A stretch of DNA of 64,000 nucleotides from an uncultured Actinomycetes bacterium (GTDB lineage Bacteria; Actinomycetota; UBA4738; HRBIN12), in the NCBI GenBank assembly GCA_963710985.1, contig CAVQCI010000005.1, positions 111,892 to 175,891 on the forward strand. The letters are read 5' to 3'. The first letter of the stretch is position 1; every line of letters starts with the position of its first letter. Below, one piece after another: positions 10,400 to 20,041 of this stretch. The notes under the pieces were generated by a model. That model did no database searches. It worked only from the letters and a program-made list of their open reading frames with translations, and was not told where the DNA came from. The position numbers and the translations under genes were made by a program.

Positions 10400-11716
10400 T
10401 CACGTATCTGACTGCGGAAATGCGGCGCGCCCGCCGGCGGGCCTCGGGCCGACGCCGGGGGCCGTCTCGTACATCCGAACCCCGACCACGACGCCGGAGA
10501 GCGCGGTCAGCGCCGCGACGGCCCACACCGCCGCGCGCAGGCCCCACGCGTCGGCGATCACGCCGGCGAGGATCGCCCCGACGGCGAAGCCGGCGTCGCG
10601 CCACAGCCGGTAGATCCCGATCGAGGACGCCCGCCAGGCGGGATGCGCGACGTCGCCGATCGCCGCGAGGAGGGTCGGGTAGACCATCGCGGTGCCCGCA
10701 CCGAGGAGCACCGCGCCGAGGGCCCACGGCGCGAACCCGGTCGACGCCGCGATCAGCCCGATCGCGGCACCCTGCACGAGCATGCCCCCGGCGATCAACC
10801 GCTTGCGTCCGACGCGGTCCGAGAGCGCGCCGGTGAGCAGCTGCCCCAGGCTCCACACGGCCGGGTAGAGGCCGGCCAGCAGCCCGATCGACGCCACCGA
10901 CAGGCCGCCCCGCGCGAACAGGAGCGGGAAGAGGCCCCATGCCATCCCGTCGTTCAGGTTGTTGACGAGCCCGGCTTGGCTGCACGAGGAGAGCGCGCGC
11001 TCCCGGAAGCTCGTGAGCACGAAGACCGCCCGGGTCGAGAGCCCTTCGTGCAGGTCCGCGGACCGCGGCGCGTGCGAGGAGGCTTCGAGCATCGCGTGGC
11101 CGCGCGTCTCGCGGACGAAGACCGTCGACAGGCCGAGCCCCAGGGCGACGTAGACCACGCCGAGGAAGAACGGCTCGGGCCGCAACCCCGCGCGCTCGGC
11201 GATGAACCCGGTCGCGATCGCGGTGAGCGCGACCGCCCCGTAGCCGGCGGCCTCGTTCACCCCCATCGCGAAGCCGCGCCGGGACGGTCCGACGAGGTCG
11301 ATCTTCATGTTGACCGTGGTGGACCAGGTCAGGCCCTGGTTGACCCCGAGCAGGACGTTCGCGAACACGATCCAGCCCCACGCCGGCGCCCACATCAAGA
11401 GCAGCGGCACCGGGACGCCCGCCAGCCACCCGGCGACGAGGACCGGCTTGCGGCCGTAGCGGTCCGAGAGCGTGCCGGCGGCGAAGTTCGTGAGCGCCTT
11501 CACGACGCCGAAGGCCACGATGAACGTGAGCGCAGCGGTGTAGGCGTCGAGGTGGAAGACGCGCCGGGCCATCAGCGGGAGGACGGTCCGTTCCTGGCCG
11601 ACCATCCCACCGACGAGCGCGTTGACGCCGACGAGCAGGAGGAACTGCGGGAGGTTCCGCCGGAGCCCCAGGCCGATGCCCGCGCCGCCGCCTGCCGTCG
11701 CGGGGTCGGTCCTCAC
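10400..11716 (-). CDS. MFS transporter
   Basis: About 12 TM helices, GTLSDRYGRK and GALSDRVGRK motifs; GTG start overlaps the upstream stop. Confidence 0.9.
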   Translation of the reverse strand: MRTDPATAGGGAGIGLGLRRNLPQFLLLVGVNALVGGMVGQERTVLPLMARRVFHLDAYTAALTFIVAFGVVKALTNFAAGTLSDRYGRKPVLVAGWLAGVPVPLLLMWAPAWGWIVFANVLLGVNQGLTWSTTVNMKIDLVGPSRRGFAMGVNEAAGYGAVALTAIATGFIAERAGLRPEPFFLGVVYVALGLGLSTVFVRETRGHAMLEASSHAPRSADLHEGLSTRAVFVLTSFRERALSSCSQAGLVNNLNDGMAWGLFPLLFARGGLSVASIGLLAGLYPAVWSLGQLLTGALSDRVGRKRLIAGGMLVQGAAIGLIAASTGFAPWALGAVLLGAGTAMVYPTLLAAIGDVAHPAWRASSIGIYRLWRDAGFAVGAILAGVIADAWGLRAAVWAVAALTALSGVVVGVRMYETAPGVGPRPAGGRAAFPQSDT

Positions 11717-13083
11717 GGGGCCACGCCGGTGCGGAGCGGAGCGCTCGCGGTGCGCGCCACGTCCTCGACCCCGCCGTGGACCACGGACACGTCGGTCCGT
11801 CCGAGGCGCTCGAGGACGCTCGCCGCGGTGGTCGCGCGCTCGCCGGCCCCGCAGATCATCGTGAGCGGACCGGCCGGGAGCGACGCCGCGCGCGCGGCCA
11901 GGTCGCCGAGCTCGAGGTGGACCGACCCGGGCAGGTGACCGGCGACCCACTCCTGGTCCTGCCGGACGTCGACCAGCGTGCCGGCGAGGGTGTCGCCGGG
12001 CTCGAGGAGCGGGGACCGCTCCTCCTCGAGCCCGGCCCGGCGCCAGGTCTCCATCCCGCCGTCCAGCTCGCCGGCGAGGTCCTCGTACCCGACCTGCAGG
12101 CACCGGCGGACGAGCTCGTCGCGGTCGTGCGCCGGATCGAGGACGAACACCAGGCGTGCCGGCGCCGGGACGAGCCAGCCGAGCCAGGTCGCGAAGGCCG
12201 GGCGCAGCGAGATCGCGAGCGCGCCCGGCACATGCCCGCGCGCGAACCCCTCGATCGGCCGCGCGTCGATCAAGGTCGCCCCCGCGTCCACCTCTGCGCG
12301 GACCCGTTCGAGCCCGAGCGGCTCGAGCCGTGGCGGCGAGGCGCCGAAGACGCGCGGCCCCGCGCGGTTCACGGCGCGCAGGCGCAGGAAGTAGTCGGGA
12401 TAGGTTCCATAGGTCCCGAGCAGCTCGCGCGCGAACGAGACGTCGTCGGGGGCGCGCAGCAGCGGGTTCGTCCGCCGCTCCCGGCCGATCGTCGTCGTCG
12501 GGTCGCCGTCGTCGGTCGGGGTGACCGAGCAGAACGTCTCGCCGGCGCCGTGCGTCGGGTGGACCGGGAGGTCGTCGGGCAGATCGAGGAGCCGGTCGTG
12601 GATCGAGCCGAACAGCGCGCGCGCCAGCGGCTCGGTCTGCTCGGGCGAGATCAGGTCGGTCCTGGCCACCGAGCCCCGGAGCAAGGACCCGCCGGTGAAC
12701 ACGCCGAGCGGGACCGATCCGTCGAGGAGCTCGTAGGAGAGGTGCTCGGGGGTGTGCCCGGGCGTCGCGATCGCTCGGAGGGTGAGGCCGCCGAGGTCGA
12801 CCCGCTCGTCGTCGCGGAGCGGCTGGTGGGGGAACGCCAGCTCCGCGCCCGCGGAGGCCAGCACGGTGGCCCCGGTGGCCTGCAGCTCGCGGGCGCCCGA
12901 GACGAAGTCGGCGTGCAGGTGCGTCTCCGCGACGAACGCGATCGTGGAGCCGAACCGACGCGCGGCCTCGACGTAGGGCGTCGGGTCGCGCCCCGGGTCG
13001 ACCGCGAGGGCGCGGCCGTCGCCGAGGTCGACCACGTAGGAGGCGTTGCCGAGCCCCTCGTCCACGATGGTCCCGACGTCCAC
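11713..13083 (-). CDS. MBL-fold persulfide dioxygenase fused to rhodanese domains (CstB-like)
   Basis: ETHLHADFVSG, TPGHTPEH, HPTHGAG, two rhodanese folds, the last with ICGAGERA. Confidence 0.88.
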   Translation of the reverse strand: MDVGTIVDEGLGNASYVVDLGDGRALAVDPGRDPTPYVEAARRFGSTIAFVAETHLHADFVSGARELQATGATVLASAGAELAFPHQPLRDDERVDLGGLTLRAIATPGHTPEHLSYELLDGSVPLGVFTGGSLLRGSVARTDLISPEQTEPLARALFGSIHDRLLDLPDDLPVHPTHGAGETFCSVTPTDDGDPTTTIGRERRTNPLLRAPDDVSFARELLGTYGTYPDYFLRLRAVNRAGPRVFGASPPRLEPLGLERVRAEVDAGATLIDARPIEGFARGHVPGALAISLRPAFATWLGWLVPAPARLVFVLDPAHDRDELVRRCLQVGYEDLAGELDGGMETWRRAGLEEERSPLLEPGDTLAGTLVDVRQDQEWVAGHLPGSVHLELGDLAARAASLPAGPLTMICGAGERATTAASVLERLGRTDVSVVHGGVEDVARTASAPLRTGVAP

Positions 13084-13124
13084 TGCCCGTTCGTCCCTCC
13101 CGCGTCCCGCTGCCGTTCGTACTA

Positions 13125-13146
13125 TCTTCCAAAGAGTATTGGAGGA
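13125..13146. promoter_or_regulatory. Putative ArsR-type operator in the divergent promoter
   Basis: TCTTCCAA-N6-TTGGAGGA (7/8 inverted repeat) in an AT-rich patch overlapping the RBS. Confidence 0.55.
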
Positions 13147-13153
13147 ATATCGG

Positions 13154-13849
13154 ATGGGTCAACGCAGCGGGCGGCCAAGCGGGCGGGAGGTCAAGGACGA
13201 GCTGTACGAGCAGTTCGCGCGTGTCGGCAAGGCGCTGTCCTCGCCGAAGCGCGTCGAGCTGATCGACCTGCTGGGACAGGCCGAGCGGACCGTGGAGGCC
13301 TTGGCCGAGGCCACCGGGATGGGGGTGACGAACACCTCCGCGCACCTGCAGGTCCTCAAGCGGGCGCATCTCGTGCGCACCCGCAAGGAGGGCACCCGGG
13401 TCTATCACCGGCTGGCCGACGACGATGTCTCCCTCCTGTTCGCCGCCTTCCGCGACGTGGCCACCCACCATCTGGCGGAGGTCGAGCGCGTGGCTCACGA
13501 CTACGTCTCGGCCCGCGACGAGCTGGAGCCGCTGACGCGCGCCGAGCTGGCGCGGCTGCTCGCGGCCGACGACGTGGTCGTCGTCGACGTCAGGCCGCGC
13601 GAGGAATACCTCGCCGGACACGTCGAGGGTGCCGTGTCGATGCCGCTCGACGAGCTCGCGGACCGGATCGGCGAGCTCCCTGCCGACGTCGAGGTGGTCG
13701 CGTACTGCCGGGGGCCCTACTGCGTGCTCGCTCCGGAGGCGGTCAGCCTCCTGCGGGCGCGTGGCCGACGCGCGAGGCGGATGGGCGACGGGTTCCCGGA
13801 GTGGCGGCTGGCGGGCCTGCCGGTGGCGGCCGGAGAGGGATCCCGATGA
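13154..13849 (+). CDS. ArsR/SmtB regulator fused to a rhodanese domain
   Basis: KALSSPKRVELIDLL...TSAHLQVL HTH; DVRPREEY...GH...AYCRGPYC. Confidence 0.9.
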   Translation: MGQRSGRPSGREVKDELYEQFARVGKALSSPKRVELIDLLGQAERTVEALAEATGMGVTNTSAHLQVLKRAHLVRTRKEGTRVYHRLADDDVSLLFAAFRDVATHHLAEVERVAHDYVSARDELEPLTRAELARLLAADDVVVVDVRPREEYLAGHVEGAVSMPLDELADRIGELPADVEVVAYCRGPYCVLAPEAVSLLRARGRRARRMGDGFPEWRLAGLPVAAGEGSR

Positions 13850-14196
13850 ACGTCCTGCTCGTGCTGAACGACCCGCCGTACGGCAGCGAGCGCTCCTACA
13901 ACGGCCTGCGGCTCGCGATGTCGCTGAGCAAGCGGGACGACGTGGAGGTCCGGGTGTTCCTGCTGGGCGACGCCGTCACCTGCGCGGTCGCCGGACAGAA
14001 GCTGCCGAACGGCTTCTACAACCTCGAGCGGATGCTCGGCGCGGTCGCCCAGCGCGGCGGCACGATCGGTTGCTGCGGCTCGTGCCTGGACGCGCGCGGC
14101 CTCACCGGGCCGATGCTCCTCGCCGAGGCACACCGCTCGTCGATGGACGAGCTGACGGACTGGACCCTCGAGGCCGACCAGGTCCTCACCTTCTGA
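13846..14196 (+). CDS. DsrE/YchN-family sulfur relay protein
   Basis: LNDPPYGSERSYNGLRLA, FLLGDAV, CGSCLDARG. Confidence 0.88.
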   Translation: MNVLLVLNDPPYGSERSYNGLRLAMSLSKRDDVEVRVFLLGDAVTCAVAGQKLPNGFYNLERMLGAVAQRGGTIGCCGSCLDARGLTGPMLLAEAHRSSMDELTDWTLEADQVLTF

Positions 14197-14265
14197 GCGC
14201 AACGCTCATCGGTGGGTGAGACGGTTCGCGTGGCCTTCGGCCCGGTGGCGCGACCCGGGCCTGCT

Positions 14266-14295
14266 TTGCCGGGCTCGGGGGACCACACCTATACT
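14266..14295 (+). promoter_or_regulatory. Housekeeping-sigma promoter for tRNA-Trp/secE/nusG
   Basis: TTGCCG-18 nt-TATACT, about 40 nt before the tRNA. Confidence 0.55.
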
Positions 14296-14335
14296 GTGGA
14301 ACCCGAGCGTCCCTCACCTCGGGGACCGGGAGCGA

Positions 14336-14408
14336 AGGCGCGTAGCTCAACTGGCAGAGCACCGGTCTCCAAAACCGGGGGTTGGGGGTTCAAGTCCCTC
14401 CGCGCCTG
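14336..14408 (+). tRNA. tRNA-Trp(CCA)
   Basis: AGGCGCG/CGCGCCT acceptor stem, TAGCTCAACTGGCAGAGC D arm, CCGGT-CTCCAAA-ACCGG anticodon arm, GTTCAAGTC T loop; directly before secE; 3' CCA not encoded. Confidence 0.96.
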
Positions 14409-14419
14409 CGAGGAGCACG

Positions 14420-14725
14420 ATGAATCGACAGATGAAGCGAGCGCAGGAGCGCGCCGAGCGGCAGCAGAAGGCCGCCGGGCTCGACCGTGCCTCGGCTCCC
14501 GCGGCCACCACACGCCGTGCGCAGCAACAGGAGAAACGCAAGCGCACGGGGGTCCGCCAGTTCCTCAAGGAGGTCCGCCAGGAGCTCCGCAAGGTCGACT
14601 GGCCCACCCGCAAGGAGCTCATCACCTACACGATCGTGGTGATCGTCACGATCACCGTGCTCACGGCCTTCGTGGCCGGTCTCGACTACGTCTTCGGGCG
14701 GCTGATCTTCAGCGTGCTCTCCTGA
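14420..14725 (+). CDS. secE: Preprotein translocase subunit SecE
   Basis: FLKEVRQELRKVDWPTRKE plus a single TM helix; synteny. Confidence 0.95.
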   Translation: MNRQMKRAQERAERQQKAAGLDRASAPAATTRRAQQQEKRKRTGVRQFLKEVRQELRKVDWPTRKELITYTIVVIVTITVLTAFVAGLDYVFGRLIFSVLS

Positions 14726-14740
14726 GAGGAACCTTCCGCA

Positions 14741-15736
14741 GTGTCCGACGAGTCCCCGAACCCCAACGGATCCACGCCCGAGGAGGGCGACGACACGCCG
14801 ATGGCCGACGCCCTCGAGGCGGCCGCCGAGGTCCATGACCTCGCGGAGGAGGCCGCCGACGTCACGATGGCCCAGGCCGCCGAGGAGGCCGAGCTGCTCG
14901 CCGAGGTCGGCGACGAGGAAGGCGCCGAGGAGGCCCTCGTCGAAGGCGCGGTCGAGGCCGCGGTGATGGAGGAGACCGCCGACGAGATCGGCCTGGAGCT
15001 CGTGGAGCAGGCGGCCGACCGCGAAGAGGCGATCGTGGAGGAGGAGTACCTCCTGATGGAGGCCGAGCAGGGCGACGGCGACCTGCCGGTCGCCGAGGCC
15101 GCCGCCCCCGCTGAGCCGGAGCCGGTTGCCGAGGCCAAGGCCCCCGAGCCCGAGCCGGCCCCCGAGCCCGAGGCCGAGGAAGACGGCGCCGACCCGTTCC
15201 GCGGGCCCGGCGACTGGTACGTGGTGCACACCTACGCCGGCTACGAGAACAAGGTGAAGGCCAACCTCGAGAGCCGGATCCATACGATGCAGATGGAGGA
15301 CAAGATCTTCCGCGTCTACATCCCGATGGAAGACGTGATGGAGATCAAGTCCGGCAAGCGTCAGATCGTGCAGAAGAAGGTCTTCCCCGGCTACCTGCTG
15401 GTGAAGATGTGGTACGACAACGACTCCTGGTACGTCGTGCGCAACACGCCCGGCGTCACCGGGTTCGTCTCGGCCGGCACCGGGTCCAAGCCGACGCCCC
15501 TTTCCAAGCGCGAGGTCGAGAAGATCCTCGTCGTGAAGAAGGAGGAGCAGAAGCCGGCCGTGCGCCTGGGCTACGAGGCCGGCGACGTCGTCCGCATCAT
15601 CAGCGGCCCGTTCGCCGACTTCAACGGGACGATCGCCGAGATCAACGCCGAGCAGGCCAAGCTCAAGGTGCTCGTCAACATCTTCGACCGGGAGACGCCG
15701 GTCGAGCTGTCCTTCGACCAGGTGGCGAAGGTCTAG
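14741..15736 (+). CDS. nusG: Transcription termination/antitermination factor NusG with long acidic N-terminal extension
   Basis: [36 protein letters not shown] motif GPFADF. Confidence 0.96.
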   Translation: MSDESPNPNGSTPEEGDDTPMADALEAAAEVHDLAEEAADVTMAQAAEEAELLAEVGDEEGAEEALVEGAVEAAVMEETADEIGLELVEQAADREEAIVEEEYLLMEAEQGDGDLPVAEAAAPAEPEPVAEAKAPEPEPAPEPEAEEDGADPFRGPGDWYVVHTYAGYENKVKANLESRIHTMQMEDKIFRVYIPMEDVMEIKSGKRQIVQKKVFPGYLLVKMWYDNDSWYVVRNTPGVTGFVSAGTGSKPTPLSKREVEKILVVKKEEQKPAVRLGYEAGDVVRIISGPFADFNGTIAEINAEQAKLKVLVNIFDRETPVELSFDQVAKV

Positions 15737-15796
15737 ACCCCTACGACGCGGGAGGCTCGGCCACCGAGCCGCACGGACCGCAGGAGGTGCAGCAGG

Positions 15797-16229
15797 ATGG
15801 CAGTCAAGAAGAAGGTCGTGGCGCTCGTCAAGCTCCAGATCAAGGCCGGAGCGGCGACGCCCGCGCCGCCCGTGGGCACGGCCCTCGGTCAGCACGGCGT
15901 GAACATCATGGAGTTCTGCAAGCAGTACAACGACGCCACCCAGGCGATGGGCGGGCAGGTCGATCCCCGTCGAGCTCACGATCTACGAGGATCGCTCGTT
16001 CACCTTCATCACGAAGCAGCCGCCGATGGCCGAGCTGATCAAGCAGGCGGCCGGGATCGAGAAGGGCTCCGCGATCCCGCACCGCGACAAGGTCGCGACG
16101 CTCTCGGCGTCGCAGGTCCGCGAGATCGCCGAGAAGAAGATGCCCGACCTGAACGCGAACGACGTCGAGGCCGCGATGCTGATCGTCGCCGGCACCGCGC
16201 GCAGCATGGGCGTGGAGGTGGAGCGATGA
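15797..16229 (+). CDS. rplK: 50S ribosomal protein L11; apparent frameshift near 15965 (sequencing error)
   Basis: [23 protein letters not shown] then [13 protein letters not shown]...GTARSMG in the next frame. Confidence 0.95.
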
Positions 16230-16963
16230 CGACCGGCCAGCACGGCCAAGGACATGGGAAGCGCTACCGCGACGGCGCCAAGGGCTTCGACCGCACCCAC
16301 GAGTACCTGCCCGGCGACGCGATCCGGCTGCTGAAGTCGTTCCCCGACGCGAAGTTCGACGAGACCGTCGAGGTCTCCTTCCGCCTCGGCGTCGACACCC
16401 GCAAGCAGGACCAGGCGCTGCGCGGCACCGTGACCCTGCCCAACGGCACCGGCAAGAGCGTCCGCGTGGCGGTCTTCGCGCAGGGCCCGAAGGCGAACGA
16501 GGCGCGCGAGGCCGGGGCCGACGTCGTGGGCGCCGAGGATCTCCTCGAGGAGGTCCTCAAGGGCAACATCGACTTCGACGCGGCGATCGCGACGCCGGAC
16601 ATGATGGCCACGGTCGGCAAGGCCGGTCGCGTGCTCGGTCCGCGCGGGCTGATGCCGAACCCCAAGACCGGCACGGTGACCAACGACATCGCCAAGGCGG
16701 TGAGCGACATCAAGGGCGGCAAGATCGAGTACCGCGCCGACCGCACCGGCAACGTCCACCTCGTGATCGGCAAGAAGTCCTTCGGCGAGCAGCAGCTGCT
16801 CGAGAACTACCTCGCCGTCGTCGACGAGGTGCTCAAGGCCAAGCCCTCCAGCGCGAAGGGGCGCTACATCCGCTCGCTCGTGCTCTCCTCCACGATGGGC
16901 CCGGGCGTGCGGATCGACCCGACCAAGCCCAAAGAGGTCGACCAGGCCGTCGCTCCGGCGTGA
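16226..16963 (+). CDS. rplA: 50S ribosomal protein L1
   Basis: [37 protein letters not shown]. Confidence 0.97.
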   Translation: MTTGQHGQGHGKRYRDGAKGFDRTHEYLPGDAIRLLKSFPDAKFDETVEVSFRLGVDTRKQDQALRGTVTLPNGTGKSVRVAVFAQGPKANEAREAGADVVGAEDLLEEVLKGNIDFDAAIATPDMMATVGKAGRVLGPRGLMPNPKTGTVTNDIAKAVSDIKGGKIEYRADRTGNVHLVIGKKSFGEQQLLENYLAVVDEVLKAKPSSAKGRYIRSLVLSSTMGPGVRIDPTKPKEVDQAVAPA

Positions 16964-16970
16964 GCGGTCG

Positions 16971-17546
16971 CTAGCCGCGTCCGCGGCTCGAGCGTCGGGT
17001 GAGGATCAGCGCCACGCCGCCGAGGAAGAGCAGCGCCACCAGGATCGTGGCCACCACGGCCAGATCCGACCCGGCGAGCGCGGTGCCGGAGGCCGCGGAG
17101 GAACCTTCGGCGGCGAGCACCGAGGTGGTGCTCTTGCCGTGCGCGCCCTTGACCTTGACCCGATGCACCGGCGAGACCGACGCGGCGCAGAACCGCTCGT
17201 TCGGGTGGGTCCCGATCGTCGAGCCGGCGAAGCTGGTCTGGAACGACGTGGTGGCGTTCACCGTGCGCGTGAAGGAGTAGTTGCCGCTGCCATCGGTCGT
17301 GGTGGTCCCGACCGTCCCGACCCCCAGCTCGGTCAACGAGATCTGCTGGTTCCCACGGCACTCGGGTCGTCCCACGAGCCGCCCGAAGATCGTCACGGTG
17401 GCGCCGGAGCTCACCTGCCCGGGCGGGCTGTGGTGGATCGTGAGGTTCGTCTGCCCGACGAGCGGGTCTGCGGACGCGGCGCTCGCCAGCAGAAGCACCA
17501 ACGGGAGAACCAGCGGAACCAGGAACCATCTACGCACAGGGACCAC
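16971..17546 (-). CDS. Secreted protein with C-terminal membrane anchor (possible sortase-like tail)
   Basis: Signal peptide, beta-rich domain with two Cys, LAGSD then TM helix then RRSSRGR. Confidence 0.68.
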   Translation of the reverse strand: MVPVRRWFLVPLVLPLVLLLASAASADPLVGQTNLTIHHSPPGQVSSGATVTIFGRLVGRPECRGNQQISLTELGVGTVGTTTTDGSGNYSFTRTVNATTSFQTSFAGSTIGTHPNERFCAASVSPVHRVKVKGAHGKSTTSVLAAEGSSAASGTALAGSDLAVVATILVALLFLGGVALILTRRSSRGRG

Positions 17547-17595
17547 GCCTTTCGTCCGACCCTACTCCTGTGGTCATGCGAAAGGGAACCCCCCC

Positions 17596-19655
17596 TCACA
17601 TCCCCCCTTCGGGCGAGTCGGGATCGATCGGACCGATCCGGTAGGGCCGCATCATCTCGTTGTCCTCGTGGGAAACGATGTGGCAATGCCAGACGTAGTT
17701 CCCGGCGCGCGTGAACCGCAGTTTCACGCGGGTGACCTCGCCCGGGTAGGAGATCACCGTGTCCTTCAAGCCGAGCTCCCACGCTTCCGGCCCCCGGGTC
17801 GGGCCGACGGTGGCCACGGGCTGTGCGACCTCCCCCTCGGGCGTGAGGCGGAGACGCTGCCGGTTGACCACCTTGAACTGGGTCTCGTGGATGTGGATCG
17901 GGTGCGCGTCGACGGTCGTGTTGAAGATCTCCCACACCTCGACCGCCCCGACCGCGGGGTTCTCGGTGATCGCGTCGTCCCACATCTTCGTCTGCACGAT
18001 GCCGTCGGCGCCGAGGACCCCGAGCAGCCCGGCCACCGGGGCGTCGTCGAAGAACTCCGAGGCCGCCTCGGCGACCGCCACCTTCCGCCGGACGCTCGGG
18101 GCGGCCAGTCCCGGCACCGGAGGGAGCCGGAGGAACCGGGGCGGGGTCGATGGGTCCGATCCGGTCGTGTGCGCGACGTCGAACGCCATCACCTTCCCGG
18201 TGGTCTCCGCGTTGGCCTGCGCATCGGGGTCCGCCGCGCCGTTGAACGGCTCGTCCGGACCGATGTTCGTGAGCAGCACCCGTTCGGAGCTCGCGCCCTT
18301 GAAGTCCACGATCACGTCGGCGCGTTCGGCCAGGCCGAGCAGGAGCGTCGCGCGCCCCCGGTGCTGGGGGTCGTAGGCGTTCAGCAGGACCGGTTCGAGC
18401 AGGAACCCGCCCTCGTTGCCGATCTGCCACACCTGCACGTCGGGATCGGCGAAGCGAAGGATCAGGAACCGTGAGTCGCAGCCGTTGAGGAAGCGGAAGC
18501 GGTAGCGGCGCCGCTCGACGCGCAGACGCGGCCACACCTTGCCGTTGACCACCATCGTGTTGCCGAAGAACTCGGGGTTCCAGTAGGGGGGGACGTCGGT
18601 GTCGGGCTCGAACTCCGGCTCGTCGACGTCGCCGAAGAACTCTCGCGACGTCGGGTAGAACAGCGAGCCGTCGTCGTTGAACGAGCGGTCCTGGACCACG
18701 ATCGGGATCTCCCGGTACGTGATGCCGGGCGGGTCGTTCGGCTTCGGCGCGGGGCCGGGGAGCACGGCGGGCGAACCGTCGCGGGTGTCGCGGACCCGGT
18801 CGCCGCTGCCCCCGCGGAGGAGGTAGAAGCCTGCGGGGCCGGCGTACACGTTGAGCCGCGTCATGCCCAGCACGTGGTCGTGGTACCAGAGCGTGGCCGC
18901 GCGCTGCTCGTTGGGGTACACGGCGACGAACCCGTCGTCGGGCCAGGTGTCGTTCCCGGGGGTCCCGTACAGCGAGATCCACTTGGCGCGGAAGAAGTCG
19001 TACCAGGTGCCGTGCTCCGCGAAGCCGGCGGGCACGCCGGCGTTCGCCGGCAGGTACCAGGCCTCCGCGTACCCGTCGCTCTCGTCGCCGACGCCCGCCG
19101 CGCCGTGCAGGTGGGTGACCAGCGGCACGGGCCCCGTGTAGGATCCGGCGTCGTGGCGAACTCGGGCGTGCTGTCGCGTCCCGCGTCGCCCCCGGGAGGG
19201 TTCGCCCAGTGGATCGTCGGGTCGACCGTCAGCAGGTGCGGCAGGTAGTGGCCGTTCTCGACCAGCTGGTTGTGCCACGTGACCTGGACCGGACGCTTCG
19301 CGCGGGCCTCGATCGTGAACGCGGGGTAGTTGAACGTCTCCGGGTGGGCGATCGAGCCGTAGCTCCACACGGTCGTCGACAGGCCGGGGACGATCTCCTG
19401 GGAGAACTGGCGCACCGCCAGCTCGTACCAGTCGACCTTCGTGCCTCCGCGGATCGTCCGCGTCCCCGACCGCGGCATCACCGGCGGGATCACGAGGTCC
19501 AGCACGTACTTGTCGATCGTCGTGGGGTCGAGCGAGCCGCCCGGGAGCGGCTCGGGGGAGGCCGCTCGCACGCGCCGCACGATCAGACCGTTGGGGAGCA
19601 GGAGTACGCCGCCCGCGAGGGCGGAGGCGCCGAGGAACTGGCGTCGGGTCAGCAT
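17596..19655 (-). CDS. Tat-exported multicopper oxidase (CotA/bilirubin oxidase type); frameshift near 19145
   Basis: LTRRQFL Tat motif; THLHG, WYHDH, HPIHIH, WHCHIVSHEDNEMM. Confidence 0.92.
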
Positions 19656-20041
19656 CGGTTCACCCTCCCGTGCTTCGAGATCCAGTTGCTCTCGTCTATA
19701 ACCCTCGGCCGAAGATCTGGGAAGGGCCAACGGACGTATCTCGAAGGACGAACGGACCGGACCGGTGCGAGCGATCCGATGGACGTGACGTACGGCGGGT
19801 CGCGCGCCGAGAGACCCCCGGATACGTTGAACGTTGCCCTCCGCACTCAGGTCGTCGGCATCCGGGGGAGCGGGGGTCCGCGCGGTGGGCGCCTGTAACC
19901 AGGTCGCTGTAGCTGAACTACCTCCCACTACTGATTGCCGCCTCACGGTCCTTGCCTAGCGTCACCCGAGGCGCGCCGCGCGCGTCGGTCGCGTACGTGC
20001 GGTTCGAGGGTGGAGGGACAACGTGGATACTTCAAGGTACG

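Noticed and set aside
10400-13621. 1073-aa ORF and many other long Arg/Pro/Gly-rich ORFs
   Set aside because: Shadow frames of high-GC genes; only the C-terminal MFS part is real
14336-14408. tRNA-Trp as an integration site
   Set aside because: No duplicated tRNA 3' end or integrase seen; secE follows directly
15797-16963. L11-L1 fusion or programmed frameshift
   Set aside because: A single indel near 15965 explains it; the L11 C-terminus is intact in another frame and indels are pervasive
19673-20040. Known riboswitch (cobalamin, c-di-AMP, SAM)
   Set aside because: No consensus elements recognised; kept only as an unexplained structure
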